From Candidatus Bathyarchaeota archaeon (lineage in GTDB: Archaea > Thermoproteota > Bathyarchaeia > Bathyarchaeales > Bathycorpusculaceae), in contig JAGTQT010000005.1 in assembly GCA_018396615.1 (NCBI GenBank), forward strand, positions 1 through 53,900: DNA of 53,900 nucleotides, written 5' to 3'. The position numbers were made by a program, and so were the translations under genes. Under the pieces are notes generated by a model, which saw only the letters and a program-made list of their open reading frames with translations, made no database searches and was not told where the DNA came from. Numbering within the stretch: the stretch's first letter is position 1; the number at the start of each line of letters is the position of its first letter. Shown one piece after another: positions 1 through 8,851 of the stretch.

Positions 1-1056
1 CGCTATGGTGGAGAAGCCCGTTAGCACAGTTTTTACAGAAAGTTCACCGTCTCGCGGGAAATATTGTATCTTTGTTTTTCCGTAGATTTCTACGTTTGGA
101 GCGTGATCCTTGGCTATTGCTTTGATCTGCATTTCTAAGTAGGGCTCAAGCTCTTCAACAACGATGATTTTGCTGTTTTCGTTGAGAAATTTCGCGATCA
201 ATTTTTCTGGGAGTGGATGTGTCATGCCAAGTTTGAGAACGCTGGCTTTCAAGTCCAGTAGACGGGCCGCTTCAACAGCGTAGTTGTAGGCTGAGCCAGA
301 GGTAATTATGCCGTATTCACTGTTCCTTTCTTTCTTTGTAACGACATTGTAGGGGGAAGTTTCGCTTATGTTCTTAGCTTTCTCCAGCTTTTTCAGAAGA
401 ACCGTGTGTGCAGGTCTTGAGTAGGCTGGAACCATCACAAGCCTTGCAACATCTCGGATAAACTTGCCTTTTTCTTTTAGTTCTGCAAGCTTGCCATACA
501 CCACTGGTCCACGTGCATGATTTACGCGAGTCGTGGTTCGCAAAAGCACTGGAAGCTCCAGCTTTTCCGACATCTCAACAGCCGAAATCACCATGTCCTT
601 GGCTTCTTGCGGGTTGGATGGCTCCATGCAAGGAAGACTTGATAACAACGCGTAAAAGCGGTTGTCCTGCTCATTCTGCGAGCTGAAACATTCCGGATCG
701 TCTGCGGTGACAATCACGTAGCCGCCTCTTACGCCTGTATAAGCCAAAGTCATCATCATGTCCGCAGCAACATTGAGTCCGACATGCTTCATGGCTGAAA
801 GGGCTCTGACTCCGCAGGTTGCCGCTCCCGCCGCAACCTCTACCGCAACCATTTCATTCGTAGAATACTCCATGTATACTCCAGACTCTTTTGCAATGGC
901 GGACACAGAATCACCGATCTCTGACGCCGGCGTTCCCGGGTACGTAGTTACGACATTTATTCCTGCTTCTAGAATCGCCCGAACAATAGCTTCGTTTCCA
1001 AGCAAAAGCATTTGTTTCCCGGCGTTATCTTCTAGCAGTAGTCTTGGGTCAGGCAC
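1..1056 (-). CDS. iorA: indolepyruvate:ferredoxin oxidoreductase alpha subunit-like (2-oxoacid:ferredoxin oxidoreductase); the 3' end runs off the window
   Basis: This gene is absent from the ORF track because it is open at the window edge. My minus-strand translation is open for all 352 codons from 1056 to 1. It reads ...LLLGNEAIVRAILEAGINVVTTYPGTPASEIGD...AAGAATCGVRALSAMKHVGLNVAADMMMTLAYTGVRGGYVIVTADDPECFSSQNEQDNRFY...GIITSGSAYNYAVEAARLL...IIVVEELEPYLEMQIK. That is the N-terminal pattern typical of IorA. The start is either GTG 1056 or ATG 1011. Confidence 0.7.
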   Translation of the reverse strand, partial: MPDPRLLLEDNAGKQMLLLGNEAIVRAILEAGINVVTTYPGTPASEIGDSVSAIAKESGVYMEYSTNEMVAVEVAAGAATCGVRALSAMKHVGLNVAADMMMTLAYTGVRGGYVIVTADDPECFSSQNEQDNRFYALLSSLPCMEPSNPQEAKDMVISAVEMSEKLELPVLLRTTTRVNHARGPVVYGKLAELKEKGKFIRDVARLVMVPAYSRPAHTVLLKKLEKAKNISETSPYNVVTKKERNSEYGIITSGSAYNYAVEAARLLDLKASVLKLGMTHPLPEKLIAKFLNENSKIIVVEELEPYLEMQIKAIAKDHAPNVEIYGKTKIQYFPRDGELSVKTVLTGFSTIA

Positions 1057-1129
1057 AAAGTTTCTCTCCGGAATCTTGAAGATGTTGTAACCCTTGTTGT
1101 TTCACATAAACTTTTGGTACCTAAAAAAC

Positions 1130-1154
1130 GGTTCTTAAAATTTAAATTGATAGG
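1130..1154 (-). promoter_or_regulatory. possible third, weaker copy of the acyl-CoA-block promoter box (GGTTC..TTTAAA..TTGATAG) upstream of iorA
   Basis: The plus-strand text ggttcttaaaatttaaattgatagg resembles the boxes at 2897-2922 and 4515-4537. It has an AT-rich TATA-like core. Confidence 0.25.
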
Positions 1155-1194
1155 AAAAAGGAGGTGCTGGAAAGATTTGTTAGTGCGAATTCTG

Positions 1195-1977
1195 CTATCT
1201 GCCTTTAAACACTGGTTTGCGTTTCTCCGTGAAAGCTGCAACGCCCTCTTGCAAGTCTTCTGTGGATGCGACAACTCCGAAGCCTTCACGCTCCAACGCT
1301 AGTGCCGCGTCTAGACTGATTTCTGCGCCCTTGTTTATCAGTGCTTTAGCTACCTTAATAGCTACAGGTGCCTTTGCAACTAGTTCCAGCGCGAGTTGAC
1401 GAGCGGTTTCTCTAAGCTTGTCTGCGGGAACAACCATGTTGACAATGCCAAGCTGCTCAGCAGTTTTCGCGTCTACAAGCTTTCCGGTGAACACCATCTC
1501 CTTAGCCTTTCCCGGGCCGACAAGTCTGGTAAGCCTCTGGGTTCCTCCCCATCCCGGGATTAGTCCTATGTTGATTTCGGTTTGCCCCATGCGGCTGGTT
1601 TCTGACGCTATACGGAGGTCGCATGACATTGCAACTTCTAGGCCGCCTCCAAGCGCGTAGCCGTTTAATGCGGCGATTACTGGTTTTTCCAAGCTCTCTA
1701 GTGAGCAGCAGAGTTTTTCACCCATAAGCGAGAGTTCTCTGGCTTTAAGCGCGTTCATTCCTTTCATGGCTTTGATGTCTGCTCCCGCTGAGAATGCTTT
1801 TTCACCTGAGCCAGTTAATATGACAGCGCGCACATTTTCGTCTTGCTTTATGTCTTCTATTGCTTGGAGAACTTCTTCAATGACTTCCTTGCTGAAGGCG
1901 TTAAGTGCTTCCGGCCTGTTCAAGGTTATTGTCGCGATTTGGTCGCTTCTTTCGTAAATTATGAATTTGAAATCCAC
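1195..1977 (-). CDS. enoyl-CoA hydratase (crotonase family)
   Basis: The product has a crotonase fold: ITLNRPEALNAF, FSAGADIKAM, ALNGYALGGGLEVAMSCDLRIA, GLIPGWGGTQRL. I moved the start to the in-frame GTG at 1977, which sits 6 nt after GGGAGG. The longer track ORF (to 2037) would overlap the upstream gene. Confidence 0.85.
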   Translation of the reverse strand: MDFKFIIYERSDQIATITLNRPEALNAFSKEVIEEVLQAIEDIKQDENVRAVILTGSGEKAFSAGADIKAMKGMNALKARELSLMGEKLCCSLESLEKPVIAALNGYALGGGLEVAMSCDLRIASETSRMGQTEINIGLIPGWGGTQRLTRLVGPGKAKEMVFTGKLVDAKTAEQLGIVNMVVPADKLRETARQLALELVAKAPVAIKVAKALINKGAEISLDAALALEREGFGVVASTEDLQEGVAAFTEKRKPVFKGR

Positions 1978-1990
1978 ATGTTTAGCCTCC

Positions 1991-2863
1991 CTATTTCTGC
2001 GTCCACTCGTAGTAGCCTTTCCCCGTCTTCCTTCCAAGAAGCTGCGCCTTAACCATCTGCTTCAGTCCCGGAGACGCGTGGAACTTAGGATCGATCTCCT
2101 TTGCGAGAACCTCGGCGATGGCCAGCGTTGTGTCTGCTCCAATGTAGTCAAGAAGCATAAGCGGCCCCATAGGCCAGTTTAAACCAAGTTTGACCGCCCT
2201 GTCGATGTCGTCTCTGTCAGCTACTCCTTCCCAGTGGAGCGCTGCAGCCTCGTTTAGAGCGGGTATGAGTATGCGGTTTACGATGAAGCCCGGGCTGTCT
2301 TTTTTGACTAGTACGGTTTCTTTACCTAGTTTGTGGGCAGTTTCTGTGATGGTTTGAATTGTTTCGTCGCTGGTTTTGGCGCCTTTTATTATTTCCACGA
2401 GTTTCATAAGCTGTGGAGGGTTAAAGAAGTGCATGCCGCAGACTTTTTCAGGTCGGCCAGTTGCAGAAGCAAGCTCAGTTATGCTTACGGACGAAGTGTT
2501 TGAAGCGATTATGGCATGAGGTGGCGCCCACGCGTCAGCCTCTTTGAAAGTTGTTCTTTTTAGTTCAACGTTTTCAGGTATAGCTTCGATGATCAGGTCG
2601 GCGTCAGATACGGCTTCTCTAAGGTCAAGTGTGGTATGGATCCTAGCTAGGATCTCGTTCATTTCTACCTCGGTCATCTGGCTTTTCTTGACGAAGCGTT
2701 CAAGGCTGTCTTTAATCATGTTCATGCCGTTGTCTATGAAGCGTCGCTCCACATCTCGCATGGTTACGTCGTATTTGCCAATTTGGGCTGCTACCTGAGC
2801 GATACCGTGGCCCATTAAGCCGGCGCCTAGAACGGTTATTTTTCTTATATCCATGTTTACCAT
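1991..2863 (-). CDS. hbd: 3-hydroxyacyl-CoA / 3-hydroxybutyryl-CoA dehydrogenase (NAD-binding)
   Basis: The product has an N-terminal Rossmann motif (ITVLGAGLMGHGIAQ), the signature region SNTSSVSITELA...HFFNPP, and a C-terminal 3HCDH domain. Confidence 0.85.
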   Translation of the reverse strand: MVNMDIRKITVLGAGLMGHGIAQVAAQIGKYDVTMRDVERRFIDNGMNMIKDSLERFVKKSQMTEVEMNEILARIHTTLDLREAVSDADLIIEAIPENVELKRTTFKEADAWAPPHAIIASNTSSVSITELASATGRPEKVCGMHFFNPPQLMKLVEIIKGAKTSDETIQTITETAHKLGKETVLVKKDSPGFIVNRILIPALNEAAALHWEGVADRDDIDRAVKLGLNWPMGPLMLLDYIGADTTLAIAEVLAKEIDPKFHASPGLKQMVKAQLLGRKTGKGYYEWTQK

Positions 2864-2896
2864 TCACCTTTGTTGATGGATGAGTATTTGCTGACG

Positions 2897-2922
2897 GTTC
2901 AATTTTAAACCTTTGCAATAGA
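2897..2922 (-). promoter_or_regulatory. promoter box copy 1 (TATA-like GTTTAAAATT plus upstream CTATTGCAAAG on the minus strand) about 40 nt upstream of hbd
   Basis: The plus-strand text ggttcaattttaaacctttgcaataga matches 21 of 29 positions with the element upstream of the acyl-CoA dehydrogenase gene (4515-4537). Confidence 0.45.
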
Positions 2923-2945
2923 CATGTTGCTTTTGAATGGGGTTC

Positions 2946-4484
2946 CTAGAAAACCATGTCCCTGTCAAGCCAATCGGGGAACCACCTGTATGTTTCCGGT
3001 TTCTTCGCCTTGTGCAGCCCGCTGTATGTAGCCTTAACAAGCGCGATCAAACCTTTAGAGTCTCGGTAAAGTTTGGCAAAGCCTTTTTTGTCAAGATTAG
3101 TCAGCATCTCATCAAGCTTGTCATCGGCGACTGTTTCAAGTCTTTCCTTCAAATCTTCCCTGCTCATAAACAAGCCAGGGTTCACCATGTAGTCTTCCGC
3201 CAGCAGTTCGAGGATGCTGTCTTCGTTTGGCTTGAGTTTCGGAAGCTTTTCTCCCCATGAAACTGGGACACCGAGTTTTTCGTGCAGTCTTCTTTGAGGC
3301 ATTTTTAGGTCTTTGCCTAGGGCTTTCAGTCCGCCTCTGAAGATGACGAGTTTCATGATGTCATTTGTGCCAGCGCCTATCTGGTTCACCTTCGCGTCGC
3401 GGAGGTAGCTTTCAACCGGATAGAAACGGGTCCAACCGTCTCCGCCCATAACCATAATCGCATCGCTAATAAGCCGCTCATAGGTTTCTGAGGCAAAAAG
3501 CTTTGCAGTTGCTGCTTCAACCATTGCCTCACGGTGCTCATCCAGCATTCTTGCCGCGTGATATACAAGCAGCCGCGAGGTGGTTAACCCGGCAAACATG
3601 TCTGCGATCTTGAACTGGTTTGTTGGTAAATCAACCGTCGGTTTGCCGAACTGCATGCGCCTCTGTGCGTATGCCACGGCATATCGGATGGATTCGCGCA
3701 TCGGTCCAAGCATTGCTGCGGAGTAAACAACTCGCTCGAAGTTTAGTCCCGCCATCATGACTTTCCAGCCGATGCCTTGTTCGCCAATTATGTTGTCAGC
3801 CGGAACCTTTGTGTTATCAAAGCTTAGAATCCCGTTTGGAAGTCCAAACCAGCCTGAAAGCTCATTGATCTTTTCGACAGAAAAACCTTGCACACCCTTC
3901 TCGACGAGGAATGCGGTAAGATGCTGATATCTGCTCTTGTCTTCAGGTTTCTCGCTTGTTTTTGCATAAACGACATAAATGTCAGCTAGCCCTGCGTTGG
4001 TGATAAAACGCTTTTTTCCATTAAGGACAAAACAGTCTCCTTCTCGGCGAGCAGTTGTTTCCACCCCCGCTGCGTCTGAACCTACAAAAGGCTCGGTAAT
4101 GCAGACCGCTCCAACAACCTCGCCTTTCGCTATTCTCGGTAGCCATTTTCGCTTCTGAGTCTCAGTTCCAAATGCCAGAAGCTGTTCAACGCCACCGAAC
4201 ATCGAAACCGCGTAAGCTTCAGACAGCCCTGAACATATCCTACTAAGTTCCTCAGCAACTATGGCGACGCCTGTGACTCCTGCGTCGATTCCGCCATAGG
4301 CTTCAGGTATTGCTGCTCCAAACCATCCTTTGCGAGCAATTTCCTTGAGCATATCCATCGGAAACTTTTTCGTCCAAAAGACTTCTTGGCCTCTGCCAAG
4401 GTTTTGATCAGCAAAAGCTCGTGCCTCTTCCATCAGCCGCTTCTGCTTGTCGCTCCACCACTCGAAAGGCTCCATAACGTGCAC
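2946..4484 (-). CDS. acyl-CoA dehydrogenase with a C-terminal extension of about 120 aa
   Basis: ACAD hallmarks are present: GAVCITEPFVGSDAAG, FITNAGLADIYVVYAK, and YLRDAKVNQIGAGTNDIMKLVI near the canonical C-terminus (about residue 390). A further ~120 residues follow, encoded at about 2949-3314. Confidence 0.85.
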   Translation of the reverse strand: MHVMEPFEWWSDKQKRLMEEARAFADQNLGRGQEVFWTKKFPMDMLKEIARKGWFGAAIPEAYGGIDAGVTGVAIVAEELSRICSGLSEAYAVSMFGGVEQLLAFGTETQKRKWLPRIAKGEVVGAVCITEPFVGSDAAGVETTARREGDCFVLNGKKRFITNAGLADIYVVYAKTSEKPEDKSRYQHLTAFLVEKGVQGFSVEKINELSGWFGLPNGILSFDNTKVPADNIIGEQGIGWKVMMAGLNFERVVYSAAMLGPMRESIRYAVAYAQRRMQFGKPTVDLPTNQFKIADMFAGLTTSRLLVYHAARMLDEHREAMVEAATAKLFASETYERLISDAIMVMGGDGWTRFYPVESYLRDAKVNQIGAGTNDIMKLVIFRGGLKALGKDLKMPQRRLHEKLGVPVSWGEKLPKLKPNEDSILELLAEDYMVNPGLFMSREDLKERLETVADDKLDEMLTNLDKKGFAKLYRDSKGLIALVKATYSGLHKAKKPETYRWFPDWLDRDMVF

Positions 4485-4514
4485 CCTATGTAGTAGAGGC
4501 TTAGGTTCTGCTTT

Positions 4515-4537
4515 GAATTTTAAACTTTCGCAGTAGG
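4515..4537 (-). promoter_or_regulatory. promoter box copy 2, about 35 nt upstream of the acyl-CoA dehydrogenase start
   Basis: The plus-strand text gaattttaaactttcgcagtagg shares the core AATTTTAAAC-TT-GCA-TAG with 2897-2922. Confidence 0.45.
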
Positions 4538-4681
4538 CAACGTTAATCCAAGATTCACTTCGCTATGCAGCCTTATGGCATGAACTTTGTTGTCTCGGTT
4601 TTGCAGAATGTGCTAATTCTTATATTAAAGACCGAGAAATAGAGACTGTACCATAAACTACTTTATGGGAAGGCAGAGCCT

Positions 4682-6007
4682 TTGAGGAAAACCATATTCA
4701 AGAAACTTGAAGCACAAGGACTTATCGCCAACTATAACCGTCTAAGAAAGAATCTGCCGCCTAAGCTTCCTGACAGAGTTTTTGTCTGGGACGAGACCCT
4801 AAAGGAAGCGACGCAAACTCCCGCAGTGTTCCTAACGTACGTGGAAAAAGTGAAGCTTGCAAAAATGCTTGACGAAGTCGGCGTCTCAATCATAACCGTA
4901 GGCTTCCCCGCGCACTCAGAGGAAGAAAAGAACACCGTGCGAAGGATCGCTAATGAAGGCTTTCAAAATGCAAGCATCGCTGCAGCAGCGCGCACCATAA
5001 AAAGCGACGTGGACGCTTGCCTCGAATGCGGAGTAAAAGAGATACCCGTCTTCACGCCATTCAACGAACTCAACTTAAAGTATGCGCTAAAGATAACTAA
5101 AGAACAGGCTCTTGCAAAGACAGCGGAAACCGTAGCGTACGCGAAGAAACACGGCGTCATCGTAGACTTCGTTTTAGACGACGCCTCAAGAACCCCTCCA
5201 GATGACATTCTGCGAATCGTCGAAACAGCAGTCAAAGCAGGAGCCGACCGAATCGTAATCGCCGACAGCGTAGGTTTCCTTCGACCATTATCCATGCGTT
5301 ACTTGATTTCACATATCAAGAAGGAGCTTGATGAACGCACCAAAAAGAGTGTTCCACTTTCTGTCCACTGTCATAATGATTTTGGATTGGCTACTGCGAA
5401 CACGCTGGCAGCGGTGGAGGAAGGCGTGACCTACGTGCATACATGCGTCGCGGGATTTGGCGAGCGCTCCGGCGGCGCGCCTCTAGAGGAAGTTGTAGCT
5501 GCATTGGAGCTGCTTTACGACGTAGACACGGGAATAGATCTAGACAAGATCCAGAGGCTTTCACAAATGGCGGAAAAAGCCTTCGCATTGCCCATACAGT
5601 TTCACAAGCCTATAATTGGGGAGCACGCCTTCTCATACGAAATTGACGAGCAAACTAAGCCTATGCTGAAGGTTCCCATACTAAATGAGCCTTTTCCACC
5701 AGAAATTGTTGGAAGAGAAGCCCAATACTTTGTAGGCAGAACCGTTGGAAAACAGCTTCTCCAAGAACGGCTAGCCGAGGCGCAGATCAAAGCGTCTCCA
5801 ATGCAGATAGACGAGATTGCCAGAAGACTGCGGGGAATGCATGAAAGCCTAGACAAAGGCGAGGCACAGATGACTTTCTACGAAATAAAGAAGCTTATGA
5901 AAGACCTACGCAAGGGGCTAACAGAAGAAGAATTCTGGAAAATCGTAGAACAAGTGACAAGGCAGAAGCCGAAGCTTCAGCCAAAAGAGCAAATACTCCC
6001 TACTTAG
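4682..6007 (+). CDS. 2-isopropylmalate / homocitrate / citramalate synthase family enzyme (DRE-TIM metallolyase, short form without the LeuA regulatory domain)
   Basis: Family motifs are present: VWDETLKEATQTPAV (cf. DTTLRDGEQ), SVHCHNDFGLATANTLAAVEEG, and GERSGGAPLEEVV. The start is TTG at 4682, and a TATA-like cttatattaaag lies at about 4618-4630. Confidence 0.7.
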   Translation: MRKTIFKKLEAQGLIANYNRLRKNLPPKLPDRVFVWDETLKEATQTPAVFLTYVEKVKLAKMLDEVGVSIITVGFPAHSEEEKNTVRRIANEGFQNASIAAAARTIKSDVDACLECGVKEIPVFTPFNELNLKYALKITKEQALAKTAETVAYAKKHGVIVDFVLDDASRTPPDDILRIVETAVKAGADRIVIADSVGFLRPLSMRYLISHIKKELDERTKKSVPLSVHCHNDFGLATANTLAAVEEGVTYVHTCVAGFGERSGGAPLEEVVAALELLYDVDTGIDLDKIQRLSQMAEKAFALPIQFHKPIIGEHAFSYEIDEQTKPMLKVPILNEPFPPEIVGREAQYFVGRTVGKQLLQERLAEAQIKASPMQIDEIARRLRGMHESLDKGEAQMTFYEIKKLMKDLRKGLTEEEFWKIVEQVTRQKPKLQPKEQILPT

Positions 6008-6791
6008 TCCTCGGGATGTAAATTCCGTTAGGATCGATCGCTCTAAGCAGGGCAAGCTCATCAAGCGTCGGCGGCTCTGTTGAAGGGACATTCTCTGGAA
6101 TAATAAGGTCGAAGCCTGAGTTATCCTTAACCTGCTGCACGGTTACACCTGGATGAAGTGTCGCCAGCCTTATTCGCTTTGTTTTTGGATCGAAATCCAT
6201 TTGGCAAAGGTTAGTAACCACAAGCAACGGTCCGCCTCCAATAAGACCGGCTTTTTCACGTGCTGCTGGTCCATTTAGAAATCCAGGGCTGGTTAAGTAG
6301 TCAAGCTTCTTTACCATCTTGCGTTTTTCATGTGTCATTATTATGACTATGTGCTTGGCTGAGGAGACTATGTCGTTTCCTCCTCCGCTTCCAGGAAGCC
6401 TTACGGATGGTTTTTCGAAGTCTCCTATGTAGGAGGTGTTGATGTTTCCGTATTCGTCGATTTGTGCTGCTCCAACGAAGCCTAGGTCAACGTGTCCTCC
6501 TTGCAGCATGACTCCCAGTGTTTCGATAAGTCCTATGGCTCCGGAGGCACGGTAGCCTAGTCGAGAATCGGCTATGGAAAGAGCTATTTCTTTAGCGTTA
6601 GAGTCAATAAAGCCGGCTTCGTAGACGATTTTGGCTGCAGGTGCGTGTGTCTTTTTCGCTAGCATGGCGGCGATCATTGGTAAGCCTGTTCCTATGAACA
6701 CGACTTGACCGTTTTTTATTTGGCGGGAGCCGCAGACCGCCATAAGTTCAAGGGTGCTGAATTCTTCGGGTTTTGCATATTTCTTGGTCAT
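6000..6791 (-). CDS. acyl-CoA:acid CoA-transferase, subunit B (family I, glutaconate/3-oxoacid type)
   Basis: Motifs include the ...GSGGGNDI... region, IGTGLPM and VVTNLCQMDF. The gene lies directly downstream of the subunit A gene. Confidence 0.8.
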   Translation of the reverse strand: MTKKYAKPEEFSTLELMAVCGSRQIKNGQVVFIGTGLPMIAAMLAKKTHAPAAKIVYEAGFIDSNAKEIALSIADSRLGYRASGAIGLIETLGVMLQGGHVDLGFVGAAQIDEYGNINTSYIGDFEKPSVRLPGSGGGNDIVSSAKHIVIIMTHEKRKMVKKLDYLTSPGFLNGPAAREKAGLIGGGPLLVVTNLCQMDFDPKTKRIRLATLHPGVTVQQVKDNSGFDLIIPENVPSTEPPTLDELALLRAIDPNGIYIPRTK

Positions 6792-6807
6792 GTCTCTTTT
6801 CTTCCTC

Positions 6808-7734
6808 CTAGTAGGGTAAAGGTTTTTTGGCTTTAAGCTCCATCAGTCTTTCCATGCCTATTTTCTTAAGGAAATCAGTGTGACTGTCTGTGCTGGTTAT
6901 GTATTCTTCGCAGTATTTTTGCCATCCTTCTTCAGTCTTGCACTGCTCGTAATACCGCCGTATGTGCTCCATGTCATAATCATAGTAATTGTAAACCATC
7001 ATTGGATATGATCCCCACGGGCATTCAACCACGTGGCTGACGTAAATGTTCGGGATGACTGTTTGATCTGGCTGAGCTCGGATAAATTCAGTATCAACGA
7101 TCTCCTCGGCGAGAATGATTACTTTTTTTCCTGCTCTCGCGCCTTCTATGTCTTCGCCTTTTATTCCGTCAATCTGCGCGTTTCCCTCTTTATCCACGCG
7201 TGAGGCATGCACTATACTAAAGTCTGGACGAACAGACGGAACAAGCACAATTTTCTCTCCAGTAAAAGGACATTCAATCAGCTCAGCCTTCTTGGGTCTA
7301 AACCTCTTTTTTGACAAAAGATCGGTTCCCAGCATGCTTTTGAGAGGCATAAACGGGACGCCTAACGCTCCGCCGAGAAAACGCAGCGCCATCGCCAAAT
7401 TCGTGTAATCTTCAATCTCAATTGCGCCTTCACGAATTCTTCTCTGAATGTTAGGCGCCAAGCCTATTCCCTCTATGGCATAAAACGCCATCTCATAGCG
7501 CGACACCACATAGGCGCCTGACAGTATATCAATGTCCATTTCAGAGCCACAGGTGTATATTGTTAGGTTCCGCTTTTTCTGCCTGACAAGCTCATGTGCA
7601 AAAGCCATTGGCGGACGCTGAAAGCCGAAGCCTCCCCAGAACAGGTGTGCGCCATCTGGAACTAGCTTAACAGCCTCTTTCAGAGTAATTCTCTTGTCTT
7701 CTATGGCAGACTCGACCATGTCATGCACCAGCAA
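6808..7734 (-). CDS. acyl-CoA:acid CoA-transferase, subunit A
   Basis: Motifs are KRITLKEAVKLVPDGAHLFWGGFG and NLTIYTCGSEMDIDIL. It forms a typical A/B gene pair with 6000..6791. Confidence 0.8.
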   Translation of the reverse strand: MLVHDMVESAIEDKRITLKEAVKLVPDGAHLFWGGFGFQRPPMAFAHELVRQKKRNLTIYTCGSEMDIDILSGAYVVSRYEMAFYAIEGIGLAPNIQRRIREGAIEIEDYTNLAMALRFLGGALGVPFMPLKSMLGTDLLSKKRFRPKKAELIECPFTGEKIVLVPSVRPDFSIVHASRVDKEGNAQIDGIKGEDIEGARAGKKVIILAEEIVDTEFIRAQPDQTVIPNIYVSHVVECPWGSYPMMVYNYYDYDMEHIRRYYEQCKTEEGWQKYCEEYITSTDSHTDFLKKIGMERLMELKAKKPLPY

Positions 7735-7869
7735 GATTAGGCAACTGCATTAGCGCTTATCATGCACTTAGATTTTTCGACCGCTAGAAACCATTTTTCT
7801 GAAATGTTTTCACTTGAGATTTAATGGTTGGCAGTATGTAAAAGCATATAAGCTGCTTGTAGAGAACTA

Positions 7870-8352
7870 GTGTCTGGGATAAACTTGACATTTGATGTTA
7901 GGTACTTCTGTATTTCCTTGATTCTTGCACTTTTTGCTGGCTCTATAAGCAATTTGCTGGAATGGTTAATCTTCCTTCATCTGTGGACACCAATGCTTTT
8001 TTCGTGGTACTATGTTGCATGGGTGCCAATTCCATTCTTTGTAAGCGTTTTTCTTGCGTTTGGAGTTATGTACGCTATCAGTAAAGATGTTGAACCGCCA
8101 TCCATGTATTGGTCAGCAGTGCTCTCCACGTTTCTTGGTTGCTGGCTAGGCAATATTATCATAACTATTGTTACATATGTTTTGTTATTCTTAGACGGCG
8201 GTACCACAGAGCCTTGGTATGCTGCACTTTACATAACTCTGCAACTAATCACTTCCGCATTTTCTCTAGTCTTTTTTGTCAGCTTCTCTGCAATCATGCT
8301 GGCCTATTACCGAAAAACTTTGAAGCAGCCTCCCTCTGTGCCAGGTCCATAG
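7870..8352 (+). CDS. hypothetical integral membrane protein (4-5 TM segments)
   Basis: The ORF is hydrophobic with several predicted TM helices, and a TATA-like aagcatataag lies about 25 nt upstream. I recognise no family. Confidence 0.4.
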   Translation: MSGINLTFDVRYFCISLILALFAGSISNLLEWLIFLHLWTPMLFSWYYVAWVPIPFFVSVFLAFGVMYAISKDVEPPSMYWSAVLSTFLGCWLGNIIITIVTYVLLFLDGGTTEPWYAALYITLQLITSAFSLVFFVSFSAIMLAYYRKTLKQPPSVPGP

Positions 8353-8364
8353 GGATACCGCGTA

Positions 8365-8796
8365 TCAATCGCGGTTTCTAAGTATCTCAGCCAGCTTTAC
8401 TGCAATCCCGATTTGCCTTTTAAGCTCGCTCATTGTTGGTGCGGCGCTACGGTAGAGCTCAACCGCTCCTCGATCTTTCGTTCTAACCAGTATGAGGTTG
8501 GTTGGATAGAAATAGTGTGCGAGAATATTTTTGCTTCTCGCCGATTCTTCCTCCCTGTCTTTCCTGTACTTCACATGTATTCTTGTGAAGATCACTGCGT
8601 CTTTATGGGTTGCTGCAGCGGTTTTGGCAAGCTGTTCTAGTTTCGGCTTTTGTCTTTCGCATGCTGGGCAGCCGTCTCTGGTTATGGCGATTATGTATGC
8701 TTTCCCCAACTCAGGCGCTAAGGCTTCTTGGAAGCGTTTTCTGGTTGCGGATAATTCTTTCTCCAGATCAGTGAACTCTATTGTTTTGATTGGCAT
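8365..8796 (-). CDS. thioredoxin-fold protein (CPAC active-site motif)
   Basis: DGCPACERQKPKLEQLAK is a CxxC redox motif in a thioredoxin-like context. The gene lies downstream of PolB on the same strand. Confidence 0.5.
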   Translation of the reverse strand: MPIKTIEFTDLEKELSATRKRFQEALAPELGKAYIIAITRDGCPACERQKPKLEQLAKTAAATHKDAVIFTRIHVKYRKDREEESARSKNILAHYFYPTNLILVRTKDRGAVELYRSAAPTMSELKRQIGIAVKLAEILRNRD

Positions 8797-8851
8797 AGAA
8801 GAAAATTATGCTGGAAACTATATAAAATGTTTCAGGCTAGGCACTTGTGTG

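Noticed and set aside
758-1090. Plus-strand 110-aa ORF, with the neighbouring ORFs 1032..1289 (-) and 1114..1302 (+).
   Set aside because: The 110-aa ORF lies antisense to a clearly homologous IorA-like reading frame and has an Ala/Ser/Thr-rich shadow composition. The other two span the intergenic promoter region with low-complexity, random-looking sequence.
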